A stretch of DNA of 63,163 bases, counting the filler, from Asterionella formosa (taxonomy: Eukaryota), in the NCBI GenBank assembly GCA_002256025.1. It is 20 parts of 20 records of this genome, joined end to end, with 100 filler letters (N's around TTAATTAATTAA, not from the genome) between each part and the next. Parts side by side here need not be neighbours in the genome. Positions count along the whole stretch, not along the records: positions 21,139 to 40,787 come from NKIB01003595.1; positions 40,888 to 42,107 come from NKIB01003596.1; positions 42,208 to 43,427 come from NKIB01003597.1; positions 43,528 to 63,163 come from NKIB01003598.1; 16 more parts are not named here. One strand, written 5' to 3'. Both the position numbers and the translations under genes were made by a program. This document shows positions 36,766 to 48,153 of the stretch, piece after piece. Numbering within the stretch: the first letter of the stretch is position 1; each line of letters opens with the position of its first letter. Below the pieces are notes generated by a model. The model was not told where the DNA came from. It did not search any database and saw only the letters and a list, made by a program, of their open reading frames with translations.

Positions 36766-36884
36766 TATGTAGACTAGATAACTGCTGGTACTGGTAGAAT
36801 ATCCGTTAAGCATCAACACATCACCACATGCATGACCAGAGCAAAAACTTGCCACCAACATCAGATGCATTGATATCATCGTTC

Positions 36885-37335
36885 GTCTGACGAAATTGCG
36901 ACTACATGAATCCCTCAAGAAGACAAGCAATCCAACAACCAACCGCATCTGTTAGACAACGAATCGCTACTGGCATCATCACGGAACTGATTTCGCTTCA
37001 AACCGGTCATGATGGATGAAGATTGGCATGGTGAAAGGTGAATTGCCAGAGTCCACTTTTCAGGAGACGAACAAAAACGAGGTGAATTCTAGATATAAAT
37101 TACTTAAATCTGTATAGTATGTAAAATGGTGTCCTTAAGTAGACCCCTTGCCGATTTCGGCAATGCCAGGGCTGGTAAACCAAGGGGCAATTGGCATCTG
37201 TTGTCTTGCCAAAATGCGAACATATGAAATACACAAAATACATTTTGATGATGGGCAATATCGGACCTTCGGCAATTTTCGAGGTGAAGATAGGAAATAA
37301 AGAAAATATATTTTATATGATGGGCAATAGTAGGC
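36885..37335 (+). repeat. Diverged repeat family C, copy 1 (DNA-transposon-like remnant)
   Basis: TGCGAC.ACATGAATCCC, ATCCAACAACC, CATATGAAATA and TTTTATATGATGGGCAAT occur in the same order as in 47203-47710. Confidence 0.6.
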
Positions 37336-37449
37336 TAAAATTGACATTTATGCTATGGCGCTGCCAGACGATAGCTATCTTCCTCGGGTGGGGATTGCCG
37401 GTAGCAGGTATCATCCATCCCCTGCCCCACATCACTGCATGCCCATGTC

Positions 37450-40400
37450 TGTTGAGGATAAACGACTACTGTTAGCAGACAGTAGTATATCTAGTACTGC
37501 AATGACTGCACAGTCTGCGCAACCGACAGTCATGGTGAGGAATACCATGGAACAAGAAGGTCAGTTCAGGAAAATATATGCGGGATTCGTAAATGGAATA
37601 GCAATTCCTACAGAGCAAGTCCAACATGCAAGATTAAATGATAAGACTGAGACGATTGGAATTGCAAATCGTATGAAGTCGACCAATGAGAAAGAGTGGA
37701 TTGAGGTGAAGAACAAATCCAAGAAAGTAAGATTCGTGAAACAAGATCAATTTGGTAAGACCAAGTAATTTGGCAGGATTGATAGAATTTGGTAAGATTG
37801 ATAGAAAAAGTAATCTGAAGTAATCACAACATTGAAAGAGGTTAATCTAAAAGTAGATTAAAGTGTTGTCGAAAACTAGCTAGTGGAGAACTAGTAGTAC
37901 TGGACACTAGACGTGTAAGTACTATCAAGGAGATCTGGAACATCTCAACATGTTTTTAAAAACGATTGCTTGTGGAAGTTAAGGTCAGGAAGTCAAGAAG
38001 TGATTGTGCAAAGGATGAGTGAAGCAAAGAAGGCTGGAACAGTCCTGGAGTCGGTCAAGGTCATTCCTTTTATGGAACTGACACTACAAAGGGGGGAGTT
38101 GAACCCCGAGAGTTTTTCAAGAAGGCTGAGGTATTTGCTGCAACAAAGGGTTTCAAGAAGGTGTCACTCGAAGAAGGAGTTCTTCCAAGTTGGGCAGAGA
38201 AAGAAGATTTGACAAAAGAAGAGATGGAGTTGGTGAGACAAGATGATGAAGCAAAGCATTTTCTTATTATGTCATGCAGAGGTGATGCTTTTGCAATCAT
38301 TGAATCATATGAAACAGCATACCAAATGTTTCAAGCTCTCAAGGACCGGTACGACTCAAAGAAGACAAAAGATTTGGTAAAAGCAACAACCAAGCTTGAA
38401 AAGTGTTACATGAAATCAGACATAGATTATCCCTACCTTTGGATTGTCGAAATGGAACGATTGAACAGAGAAGTGGAAAAGTGCGAAAATGGATCAAGAC
38501 GCAGTGAAGAGCAAATGCAAGCAACTATATTAGCAAGACTACCAAAACGAAGATATGAATCAGTAATTACATCTCTAAATGGAAAGATTGGTACAAAAGG
38601 ATTTGACAATAAGGACTTCATTGCTGAGATCATTGGCCATTATGAGATGTTTGTGGAGCCATTCAAAAATCGTCAAAATGGCGAAAATCAAGATCAAAGA
38701 GAGAACAAGGAAAGAGGAAAGCATCTGGCTCTGAATACTACAAGTGGAAAAGGTGCCTGGAGAACCTTTAAAGGTAATGCAACAAGTGTGGAAGACAAGG
38801 CCACAGAGAAAGAGACCGCAGAAGCACTGGCAACAGCAACAACAGTGGAGAGAAAGACATTGAAAGACCGAAGGTGAAGTGCTACAGCTGCGGGGGATTT
38901 GGACACATTGCAAGAGATTGTCCAAAGAAGGAAGAGTCTGGTATGTTTGTTGGTATGACAATCCATGGACCTGATATCCGGGAGGATGATGTCAAGAAGA
39001 ATCAAGAAGCTAAAACAGAGTATTTTTACACAAATAAATTCGCAATTGAACTTTTGCAAGAAATTGCAGACTATAACAGGAAGAAGAGAAGTGTCTTGAA
39101 AGACATAAGAGAATTTAAGTGGAAACCAAGAAAATACAACAAGTTCCAACAAGTGAAAAGCCAAAAGAAGAAAGTAGAGAAAAAGACCATGAGCTGGGCT
39201 GATATGTGTGAGACAAGTGATGAGGAGGAATATGACGATGTCGACGAAAATGAGAACAAAAGAATTGTTGATGAGAAAGATGGAGAAAACAAGCAATGGA
39301 GCAGAGTGGATGTGGGATGAGGAAGTTTTTGCTACAAATTCTTTGAAAACCATGAGCCCTGTCACAGAGATTGGACATGAAAGCTGGCTTGTTGACTCAG
39401 GGGCAACAACCCATGTGTTCATCAACACTATAAAAATGAGTAATTTGCAGACTGCAACTGAAGGTGAGCATGTGAGGGTTGGAAAAAATGAAACCCTTAA
39501 GGCAACAGCGATTGGTGATTTAACTCTGGAGCAGAAGGACACAAAGAAAACACTGAAATTGGAAAAAGTGATGGTTTTTCCCGGTTTTGCTCGAAATTTG
39601 ATAAGTGTTGGCAGGTTGACAGAGAAAGATATTAAATGATTCTGGTGGCATCATGAGTTTTGAGACAGGAACCGATGGTATGGCTTATCTGATTGCACAG
39701 CGTGTTGCTGGAGCAAAAGAGGTCTACAATATTGAAGAAATTAAAAATGATGATGGAATGATTAATAAACAGAAGAGAGAACTAATGAACATTAATGGGG
39801 CACACAGAAAATTCGGGCATGCAACAGAAAAAGTGGTGCGAAAAATGCTGCAAGCACTTAAGATCATACCAGTTGGAAAGATGATGGTGTGTGATGGCTG
39901 TGCACGAGCAAAAGCTACCCAGAAACGAACAAACAAGGTGACTACAGTGGTAGCAGAAAAACCTGGCCAGAGAATCTATATGGATACAAGTGGCCCATAT
40001 TCAGAGACAGTGATGGGGTCACGTTATTGGTATAAATTTGTTGATGACAAAACAAGAAAGTCATGGGATTTTTATGGAGCAAGAAAGAATGGCATAACAA
40101 AAGTACTGAAGGAAATTTTGGACAAGTTGAAGGCTGCTGGGAAGCCAGTAAAATATCTACGGTGTGACAATGCAGGCGAGCATATGTTTGAATTACGAAA
40201 AATATGTGAAGGAGAATATGGAATTCAGTTGGAGTACACAGCACCTCACACACCACAGCACAATGGAGTGGTGGAAAGGATGTTTTCACGTGATGCAAAG
40301 CGTGCACTGGCAATGATGATATCTGCTGCATGGACCAAAGAGATGCAAGCTAAATTATGGGCTGAAGCGACAAAAACAGCAGCAATACTAGGAAATTCCC

Positions 40401-40787
40401 TTCCAAACACCCGAAGTGCAGTACCACCTGATGAGTTATTTTATGGAAAACCAAGTGACATCTACACACACTTGATTGAGTTTGGAAGAGTTGGTTATGT
40501 TACAAACAGGTCCACAATGAAAGGGAAGTTCAAAGAGAAAGCAAATCCCATGGTAGTGATTGGCTACTATGGTGAGAACCATGCCAGGGATGTGTATCGT
40601 ATGTACAATCCAGTAACCAGTAAAGTGGTTGAAACAAGAGATATTTATGCTTGGGCAGACATAACGAATGCTACCAACGATATCAGATTGACTATGAGTG
40701 AAATTTATGACCCTGAGTTGATTTTGGAGGAGCCAGAACCTCCAGAAGTGATTGAAGAACCTGATGAGGACAGTCCTCCTATCCAAA
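37450..40787 (+). mobile_element. Ty1/Copia element, 5' part: LTR 37450-37950, gag from 38015, protease, integrase; frameshifted and cut by contig end
   Basis: LTR termini TGTTGAG...CTCAACA. Zinc knuckles CNKCGRQGH and CYSCGGFGHIARDC. Protease WLVDSGATTH. Integrase HHCC (HRKFGH...CDGC) and DDE (MDTSGP, RCDNAGE, NGVVER). Confidence 0.95.
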
Positions 40788-40899
40788 NNNNNNNNNNNNN
40801 NNNNNNNNNNNNNNNNNNNNNNNNNNNNNNNTTAATTAATTAANNNNNNNNNNNNNNNNNNNNNNNNNNNNNNNNNNNNNNNNNNNNAGGTAGAAAACA

Positions 40900-42107
40900 A
40901 TGAAGGTTTGGTTCCAGTTGTTTCTTGGAAACGCAGGACTATTGCCAGTTTATGTCACGTTGAATCAGAATGATGTCATTGCTGACTTGATGGAAGCTGT
41001 GAAGATTAAATGTGGTGACGATCTTCAAGGTGTTTCCTCAGCGCGGCTCCGTGTGTGCCCACCTGGAACTCAAGTGCCGGTTCCTGAGGGAGCTGATGAT
41101 CCAACCATGGATCCTGGAGGTCTGGTTGTTCATCTGAATTGGGGAACTAGCAGCAAGAATGCGTTCGTGATCGTGATCCTGATCGTGGTCATCCAACCTG
41201 ATATTGGTACGTGTTTTGATCTCATGGAATACCTTCTATTGTATTGTAGGTCACAGCTCCTAATACTCACGTATCATTTCGTATCATTTATCCCATACAA
41301 ATACTCGCTACTGTTGAAAAGACCAAGGAACGACGAAACGCCAGAAACAAAATGATGAGCAGGAGGAAGCCTCGACCTTAATATTGCTTATAAAGAAGAA
41401 GCTCAACGTTCATTTCAAGCGCTTGAAGGTGGATCAGGAAAAGCGAATCGTTCCACAGACAATGCATATCTACAAGATTGATCGAAACGAGCTTCCTTTT
41501 GAACCTACTTTATCTGATTCTGACGATTCTTTACCTCCTTCTGATCCCATTGTTCCCGTCTTTTCCCCCGAAGATAGTTACTGGATGAAAGGGCTCCGAA
41601 AAGTGCGGTTTAATGATTGCAAGAGACGGGGAATCTTATATCGGCCTGAAATTGTGAAGGATATGATGAAAGCGGTTGAAGATGCCTTCAATATAGGTGG
41701 TCCGGCTGGAATCATGATTAAGGGACCGCAGGGAATTGGCAAGTCGCACTCACTTGTTAACTTGATTCGTACGCTGCAATATGACAGTAGCTGCAAGTAC
41801 CTCGTAACTGTCATTCCAGACTGTCAACATTGGAACGACATTGACCATTTGTACACTGCGATCTGCAGTTCATTTGGTACTTCATTATCGGCTCTCTCAT
41901 GGTCGAGCAGCCCAGGTTCGGTTTCGCAAGAGGAACACCTCAAAACCTTTGTCAATGCGATTGACTTGATTCTTCGACGTATGAAGAAGAAATGGGTTCT
42001 GGTATTCGATCAGATCAACAGATTGTTTACTCGATTCGCGTCAGTGGATGTCAAAGATCTGCGGTCGCTTCCCTTTCCCTTTAAGATCATCAATGATATC
42101 ATGCAGG
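40900..42107 (+). CDS. Crinkler-like protein: ubiquitin-like header + P-loop NTPase, 3' truncated; exons 40900-41206 and 41322-42107
   Basis: VWFQL...VIADLMEAVK.K....L..V.SARLRV header. Intron GTACGT(41207)...AAG(41321) joins the two ORFs in frame. Walker A GPQGIGKS and Walker B-like VLVFDQ. Confidence 0.75.
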
Positions 42108-42219
42108 NNNNNNNNNNNNNNNNNNNNNNNNNNNNNNNNNNNNNNNNNNNNTTAATTAATTAANNNNNNNNNNNNNNNNNNNNNNNNNNNNNNNNNNNNN
42201 NNNNNNNAGGTAGAAAACA

Positions 42220-43427
42220 ATGAAGGTTTGGTTCCAGTTGTTTCTTGGAAACGCAGGACTATTGCCAGTTTATGTCACGTTGAATCAGAATGATGTCATT
42301 GCTGACTTGATGGAAGCTGTGAAGATTAAATGTGGTGACGATCTTCAAGGTGTTTCCTCAGCGCGGCTCCGTGTGTGCCCACCTGGAACTCAAGTGCCGG
42401 TTCCTGAGGGAGCTGATGATCCAACCATGGATCCTGGAGGTCTGGTTGTTCATCTGAATTGGGGAACTAGCAGCAAGAATGCGTTCGTGATCGTGATCCT
42501 GATCGTGGTCATCCAACCTGATATTGGTACGTGTTTTGATCTCATGGAATACCTTCTATTGTATTGTAGGTCACAGCTCCTAATACTCACGTATCATTTC
42601 GTATCATTTATCCCATACAAATACTCGCTACTGTTGAAAAGACCAAGGAACGACGAAACGCCAGAAACAAAATGATGAGCAGGAGGAAGCCTCGACCTTA
42701 ATATTGCTTATAAAGAAGAAGCTCAACGTTCATTTCAAGCGCTTGAAGGTGGATCAGGAAAAGCGAATCGTTCCACAGACAATGCATATCTACAAGATTG
42801 ATCGAAACGAGCTTCCTTTTGAACCTACTTTATCTGATTCTGACGATTCTTTACCTCCTTCTGATCCCATTGTTCCCGTCTTTTCCCCCGAAGATAGTTA
42901 CTGGATGAAAGGGCTCCGAAAAGTGCGGTTTAATGATTGCAAGAGACGGGGAATCTTATATCGGCCTGAAATTGTGAAGGATATGATGAAAGCGGTTGAA
43001 GATGCCTTCAATATAGGTGGTCCGGCTGGAATCATGATTAAGGGACCGCAGGGAATTGGCAAGTCGCACTCACTTGTTAACTTGATTCGTACGCTGCAAT
43101 ATGACAGTAGCTGCAAGTACCTCGTAACTGTCATTCCAGACTGTCAACATTGGAACGACATTGACCATTTGTACACTGCGATCTGCAGTTCATTTGGTAC
43201 TTCATTATCGGCTCTCTCATGGTCGAGCAGCCCAGGTTCGGTTTCGCAAGAGGAACACCTCAAAACCTTTGTCAATGCGATTGACTTGATTCTTCGACGC
43301 ATGAAGAAGAAATGGGTTCTGGTATTCGATCAGATCAACAGATTGTTTACTCGATTCGCGTCAGTGGATGTCAAAGATCTGCGGTCGCTTCCCTTTCCCT
43401 TTAAGATCATCAATGATATCATGCAGG
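42220..43427 (+). CDS. Second assembled copy of the Crinkler-like gene (exons 42220-42526 and 42642-43427)
   Basis: Contig 42208-43427 matches 40888-42107; the only difference seen is a synonymous T/C at 41980/43300. Confidence 0.75.
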
Positions 43428-43527
43428 NNNNNNNNNNNNNNNNNNNNNNNNNNNNNNNNNNNNNNNNNNNNTTAATTAATTAANNNNNNNNNNNNNNNNN
43501 NNNNNNNNNNNNNNNNNNNNNNNNNNN

Positions 43528-43993
43528 CTTCAGAAGTGATGTCTCCCACATTTCCGCCGGTATTTTCATTCATCGCATGAGCTTGTTCATCAAATAAATG
43601 AGAATCACTGAGTTCTTCTTCATTATCAGCGATTTCAGGAGAATGATTAGCAAAGTACGACACTGGATGGAACTGTGACTCTGTAAGAAAAGACGAGTCT
43701 TCATCCGCGAAGAACAACTGTTTGGGTTTCCTTGGCTATTCGAAAGCAATCTTTCCTTCTTTTCAATCTCTGCCACTATTGAATCGGGATACTTGATTCA
43801 TTATTTTTTCTGGAGTATTATGAATCTGTTCAAATTCATTTGTTATTTGAGTGTATTCAAAGGAATCTTCGATTGATTTCATAAGTTTCTTCATCTTCTT
43901 TTCCGAAAACATTAAGTTGTGTAGTGTAAACAATTGAAGTAAGTCACGTTTCTTGTTTGACTGATACTTTGCATGAAATCCATGAAATGCCAT
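43528..43993 (-). pseudogene. Frameshifted ORF fragment of unknown function adjoining repeat B
   Basis: ORFs 43763-43993 and 43528-43717 read outward from repeat B and run off the contig. Confidence 0.3.
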
Positions 43994-44194
43994 TTGGAAA
44001 GCAAGTTGTCAAAGGACCAGAAGACTATGATGTAAAACAGTGGAAGGGAAATGCTGAGCTTTTTGCGGCGCTTGTGGAGGTGCAGCTGGTGTGATGGTAA
44101 CCAAGTGTAGTAATTGTTGAACAGAGCACAGCAGTGTAATATGCATGTTCCGCCAGTGTAGTGTTTACACAATACACATGCCGGCATCAATACA

Positions 44195-44945
44195 GCTATA
44201 ACAAGGAAAAACGACACGATAATGAACGTGATGGCTGGTTGTTGAGGATACCGGTATGTGATATGCATCAATCCATATCACAAATCATATTATAGTGATG
44301 TACATATCAACGCATCTGTATACTTAGATCCTATCCACTGTATAATCATACTATCATTTTAACTGTTGGCTTTTACTGTATGCATTAAAAGTCGAATTTA
44401 TATACAATGTTACAAAATTATAATTTATTTATTTATTTTCTATGATGTATTGATAACACTTGCGTACATCTTTTATCGTATTTTATTATCATTGTATTAT
44501 TTTAACATGATCATTTTTTGAACAAAAATATATATCTTAAACATTTTAAGAAATCGTCACAGTTATATGATCAATGCATCATAGATATGTGATATACTTT
44601 ATACAATATTACGTATCATACTTTGGTGATGTATGCATCGATGTAACCCTATCGTGATATCACATTATCATCTTATCAATCATGATGAGATGATTGGGAA
44701 CCTTAGTATTCTGCATCGTACTACAGAGTATGATATTATAACACGCACTTGAGTAGCTAAGTCACTCCTGTAATGTAAACAAGTCGACAGTGCACGAACA
44801 CCCACGCTAAGCAGTTGAGGCAACGGACAGTGGTTCCAAAGAGCGAATGACAATACCACGGGTACCAATTTTTGCAGCGGCAAACCGCAATGATGAAGGA
44901 CACTTGTCCCTCTTTTGATGAGGATGACACGAACACCGACTTTTC
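44195..44945 (+). repeat. Dispersed repeat family B, copy 2
   Basis: Collinear with 5769-6515. Confidence 0.95.
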
Positions 44946-45210
44946 TAGGAGCAAACAACAATGAAGAGACCCACTTGTCCCTCTATTGATGGTATCAAAG
45001 ATGCGGACAAGTTCAATAGTAAATACAAGTACAGCATGCCAAATGCAGAAACGAGCGACATGAAAAAGAAATTGTAATCAGAATCATTCTATAACTATAG
45101 CTATGTGGACTGTAGTCTGTTACATTTTCGTATCTCCTTCTATGCTGAATCTCAATAATAGATGATGTATCATGTGAGAATTTAAAATGTCAACAAGAAC
45201 AAGTAGAATG

Positions 45211-45786
45211 TGTTTGTTCAGGGGTTGATTGGCGAGATTGGAATGCAGGTGGTCGACGAAACGGATTTACAAGGTGCACTGTATGCGGAACCATTACGAG
45301 TTTGAATGATTTCTTCTCTGTAAACTCTTAATTGAATGATTATGAACAAAGGTTCACTGCACATGACAATTACTCAAAGATATAATGATCACATGACCAA
45401 CAATTGAAGACGTCATTATCGCAAACAATCATTCCACTTGTCATTGCTAGAATTTCGTTAGATGATCACAATCCTATGATGCATTATGGAAATATCATAG
45501 TTTTTATTTGCAGACATACGGTAAAGCCGGTACCAAGCTGTACCTGGGCTGACGTGGTAAAAGGTACAACGCAAGCAAAAGCAATCAGAGGCCAGGAAAT
45601 GTTAAAATGCAATGTGAGTAATAAGAGTGTTTTGAGACCATTACCTCGAAACAATCCAGTTAGTAAAGTGAAAGTTTAAGTTGACAACTTCTTTGTTGCT
45701 ATCAATTTCATCAACTGTATTCAATTGACACAGTAGTACTAGGTTCAAGGCCTACAATACGGTCGATTATGGTATTTGAAACAACA
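45211..45786 (+). mobile_element. Possible decayed LTR
   Basis: TGTTTGTTC...GAAACAACA imperfect termini, preceded by purine-rich AAGAACAAGTAGAATG. No TSD and no partner LTR. Confidence 0.3.
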
Positions 45787-47202
45787 CCGGTATCCGCATG
45801 AAAAATAGTCACACAAGAATGATTGTACCAAGCATCGAAAATTCGACACGATGTTGTTAAGAAACTAAAGTATGAAACGGAAATCGAAAGGGAAGAAGTG
45901 AAAATGACAAGCAGGGAGTAGAATAAAAAGTGAAAAGAAAATGGGTCAGCGGAAAAATGTTGTGAAAAATTATCAACGCATTTTCATTAACAAGAAATGT
46001 CAACTCACACCTTTTTGTCATTGCAACGAAATTTCAGAAATGTTCAGATTGGGCCTGGAGCAGCAGAAACCGATGCATGAAGAGATTTGTAGGGAGTGGT
46101 TTCTGGATTGATTTCGAGTTGTGGTGGTGGAGGTGGCGGAGGAGCAACAGCTTGTTGATAATGGAGGTTTGGTGCTGGGGGTGCAGGCTGTTGGTACCAG
46201 GTAGTATCCAGCAGGAGGAGGAGCAGGATGCATCGAAAAATTTACTGGCTGATGTGGGCGTTTGTGGCTTTGTAACTTTAGGAGGACAAGTTTGAGTAGG
46301 ATGACAGGGAGCAATGGAGTGATTTTTTTGGTGCTGGCAAGATATGTTGCCAACATTGTTGGCATCCTGAAGACTTTACAATCTTTGTGCGAGTTTCGAA
46401 TTAAGTGGCTTTGCTAGTGTTGGGAAGCAAGAAATGGAAACAAATAATGTCAGTGCGTGTATATTATACCTTGTGAAAAACAATAACAATCAACTGGCAA
46501 TATACTTCACCTCATTGGACAAGGGTTCGACTAGTGGATGGTGATTTGTTGGCATTGTCAGGAAGTGGAGGAGTAACATGACAGGTGCCTTGCTTCATCA
46601 ACGCTCTGAAGAGAAAGAGATACTATGTATTATAATTAGCATGCTCAACCATGGCGGGAAGTCAAACATGACAACAACAATCAACAAGCACATACTACCT
46701 GTCCTCTCTTCCGAGTTCATGCAGAACACTGGTTCCATCATGTTCTGGGTGCTTTGCTGAGTTCGCGATAGCTCATTGAGATTGACAACTTTTTGTTGTC
46801 ATTGTAGATGATTATATAGAAGTAACAAAAGTAATACTGTGATTAGAAAGCAATGAAACAATACTACTATTGTAGAGCAGTGGAAAAAGCCAACACATGA
46901 GCACTAAAACTTGCTGCCGAGATCTGATTTGAGATAGTGTAGGACACGTCGAAAACATACTACAAATTATAATTAAAATTTAACAGCTGATCATATCTGA
47001 CGAAAATATCGGTTCAATGACGAGATGCAAGCCTAACTTTGACCTACCATAACGTTTTGAGTTTTGATACTCAAAGACTGATTGAGGTCGCTTTTGAACA
47101 ATCATTAATTTATTTATCACTACATATCAAATCTAGCGAAGTAGTTGACCGGAAAGGCTATCGGAGATCAACAGAAAGGGGAACCGAAATTTTGGCGCCA
47201 CT

Positions 47203-47710
47203 GTGACGAAGCAAGCATGATGCGACCACATGAATCCCATAAGAAGTCGAATTATCCAACAACCACCCAGATCCATTTGATACAGAGTCGATGTTTGAGA
47301 CATCAATGAACAGAGTTGTTATACCTTGGACCATGCTGGAAGATAGCAGGGAGGTAAATTATGAAATTGCCATTGACACTTTACAGAAAACCATCATATT
47401 GTGCCTTCACGTAGCTCATCCTAGTCCCTTCCAATTTCGGCAGTCCATTTTCCTTAAGTAAACGGCAGTCCATAGGGGGCAATAGCTAGATGTCAGTAGT
47501 CCATTTCCCTTAAATAAACGGCAGTCCATTTTGGTAGGCAAATCTAGGAGCTATTGAAAATATTGAAGGTAGTTTGGCAGTCCAAAAACGGAGCATATGA
47601 AATATTCACATGTGTTTTATATGATGGGCAATTGCAGGATTGAGTAATTCAAAAAACTGTACATGTGAAATATTCAATATATGATTTTTATGAAGGGCAA
47701 TTGGATAGTT
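47203..47710 (+). repeat. Diverged repeat family C, copy 2, with GGCAGTCCA subterminal repeats
   Basis: Homologous motifs to 36885-37335. Repeated CGGCAGTCCAT and CCTTAA.TAAACGG units at 47438-47585. Confidence 0.6.
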
Positions 47711-48153
47711 CGCATCCAACATACAAACTATCTAAAATAGGTTTTCAATGTTAACAGAAAGGGCCATGTAGTCGCGAAAAGCTCGCCGATAGCTAGTTTG
47801 TGAATTGCCTACCGGTAGTTAAGACCCTACTCGGGAGGAGTCTGTCTACTCCTAACCTTGTGTTCGAGGCTTGGGAGGCGCGAGTAGGTTGACCGAACGA
47901 GTGGCGCCCGGCCCGCAGGCACTCTCCACCCTCGGTCGTGTCTTACCTTCAGCAATCGAACGATCCTACCCCGAAGCAGGACTAGAATAGTACCACAGGC
48001 AGTATCACATCAATCAATAATGATCCAGCAACGAAAGGAAGCCTCCTGGTGGTAGATCGGCACGGAAGCTGAGTATATCAACGTAGGGATAGAAAGACTA
48101 CCCAGTATCCAGTTTCCTTCAGCGCTTCCACCAACAAGACAACTCTCGAAGTC

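Noticed and set aside
37355..37768. 137-aa ORF
   Set aside because: Straddles the flank/LTR boundary at 37450 and has no recognisable domain.
38694..39542. 282-aa hydrophobic minus-strand ORF
   Set aside because: Antisense shadow of the purine-rich Copia gag-pol strand.
40888..43427. Apparent tandem gene duplication
   Set aside because: Two separate contigs with identical ends and one visible SNP; most likely an assembly bubble (alleles or collapsed paralogs).
1224..43527. Regularly spaced TTAATTAATTAA repeats with about 1.2-kb spacers, resembling an array or cassette system
   Set aside because: Artificial linkers flanked by Ns; the equal spacing reflects contigs of similar length being concatenated.
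46018..46800. Pro-rich degenerate minus-strand reading with an embedded TACCTGGTA
   Set aside because: No homolog in the window to assign it or to show the motif is an insertion.
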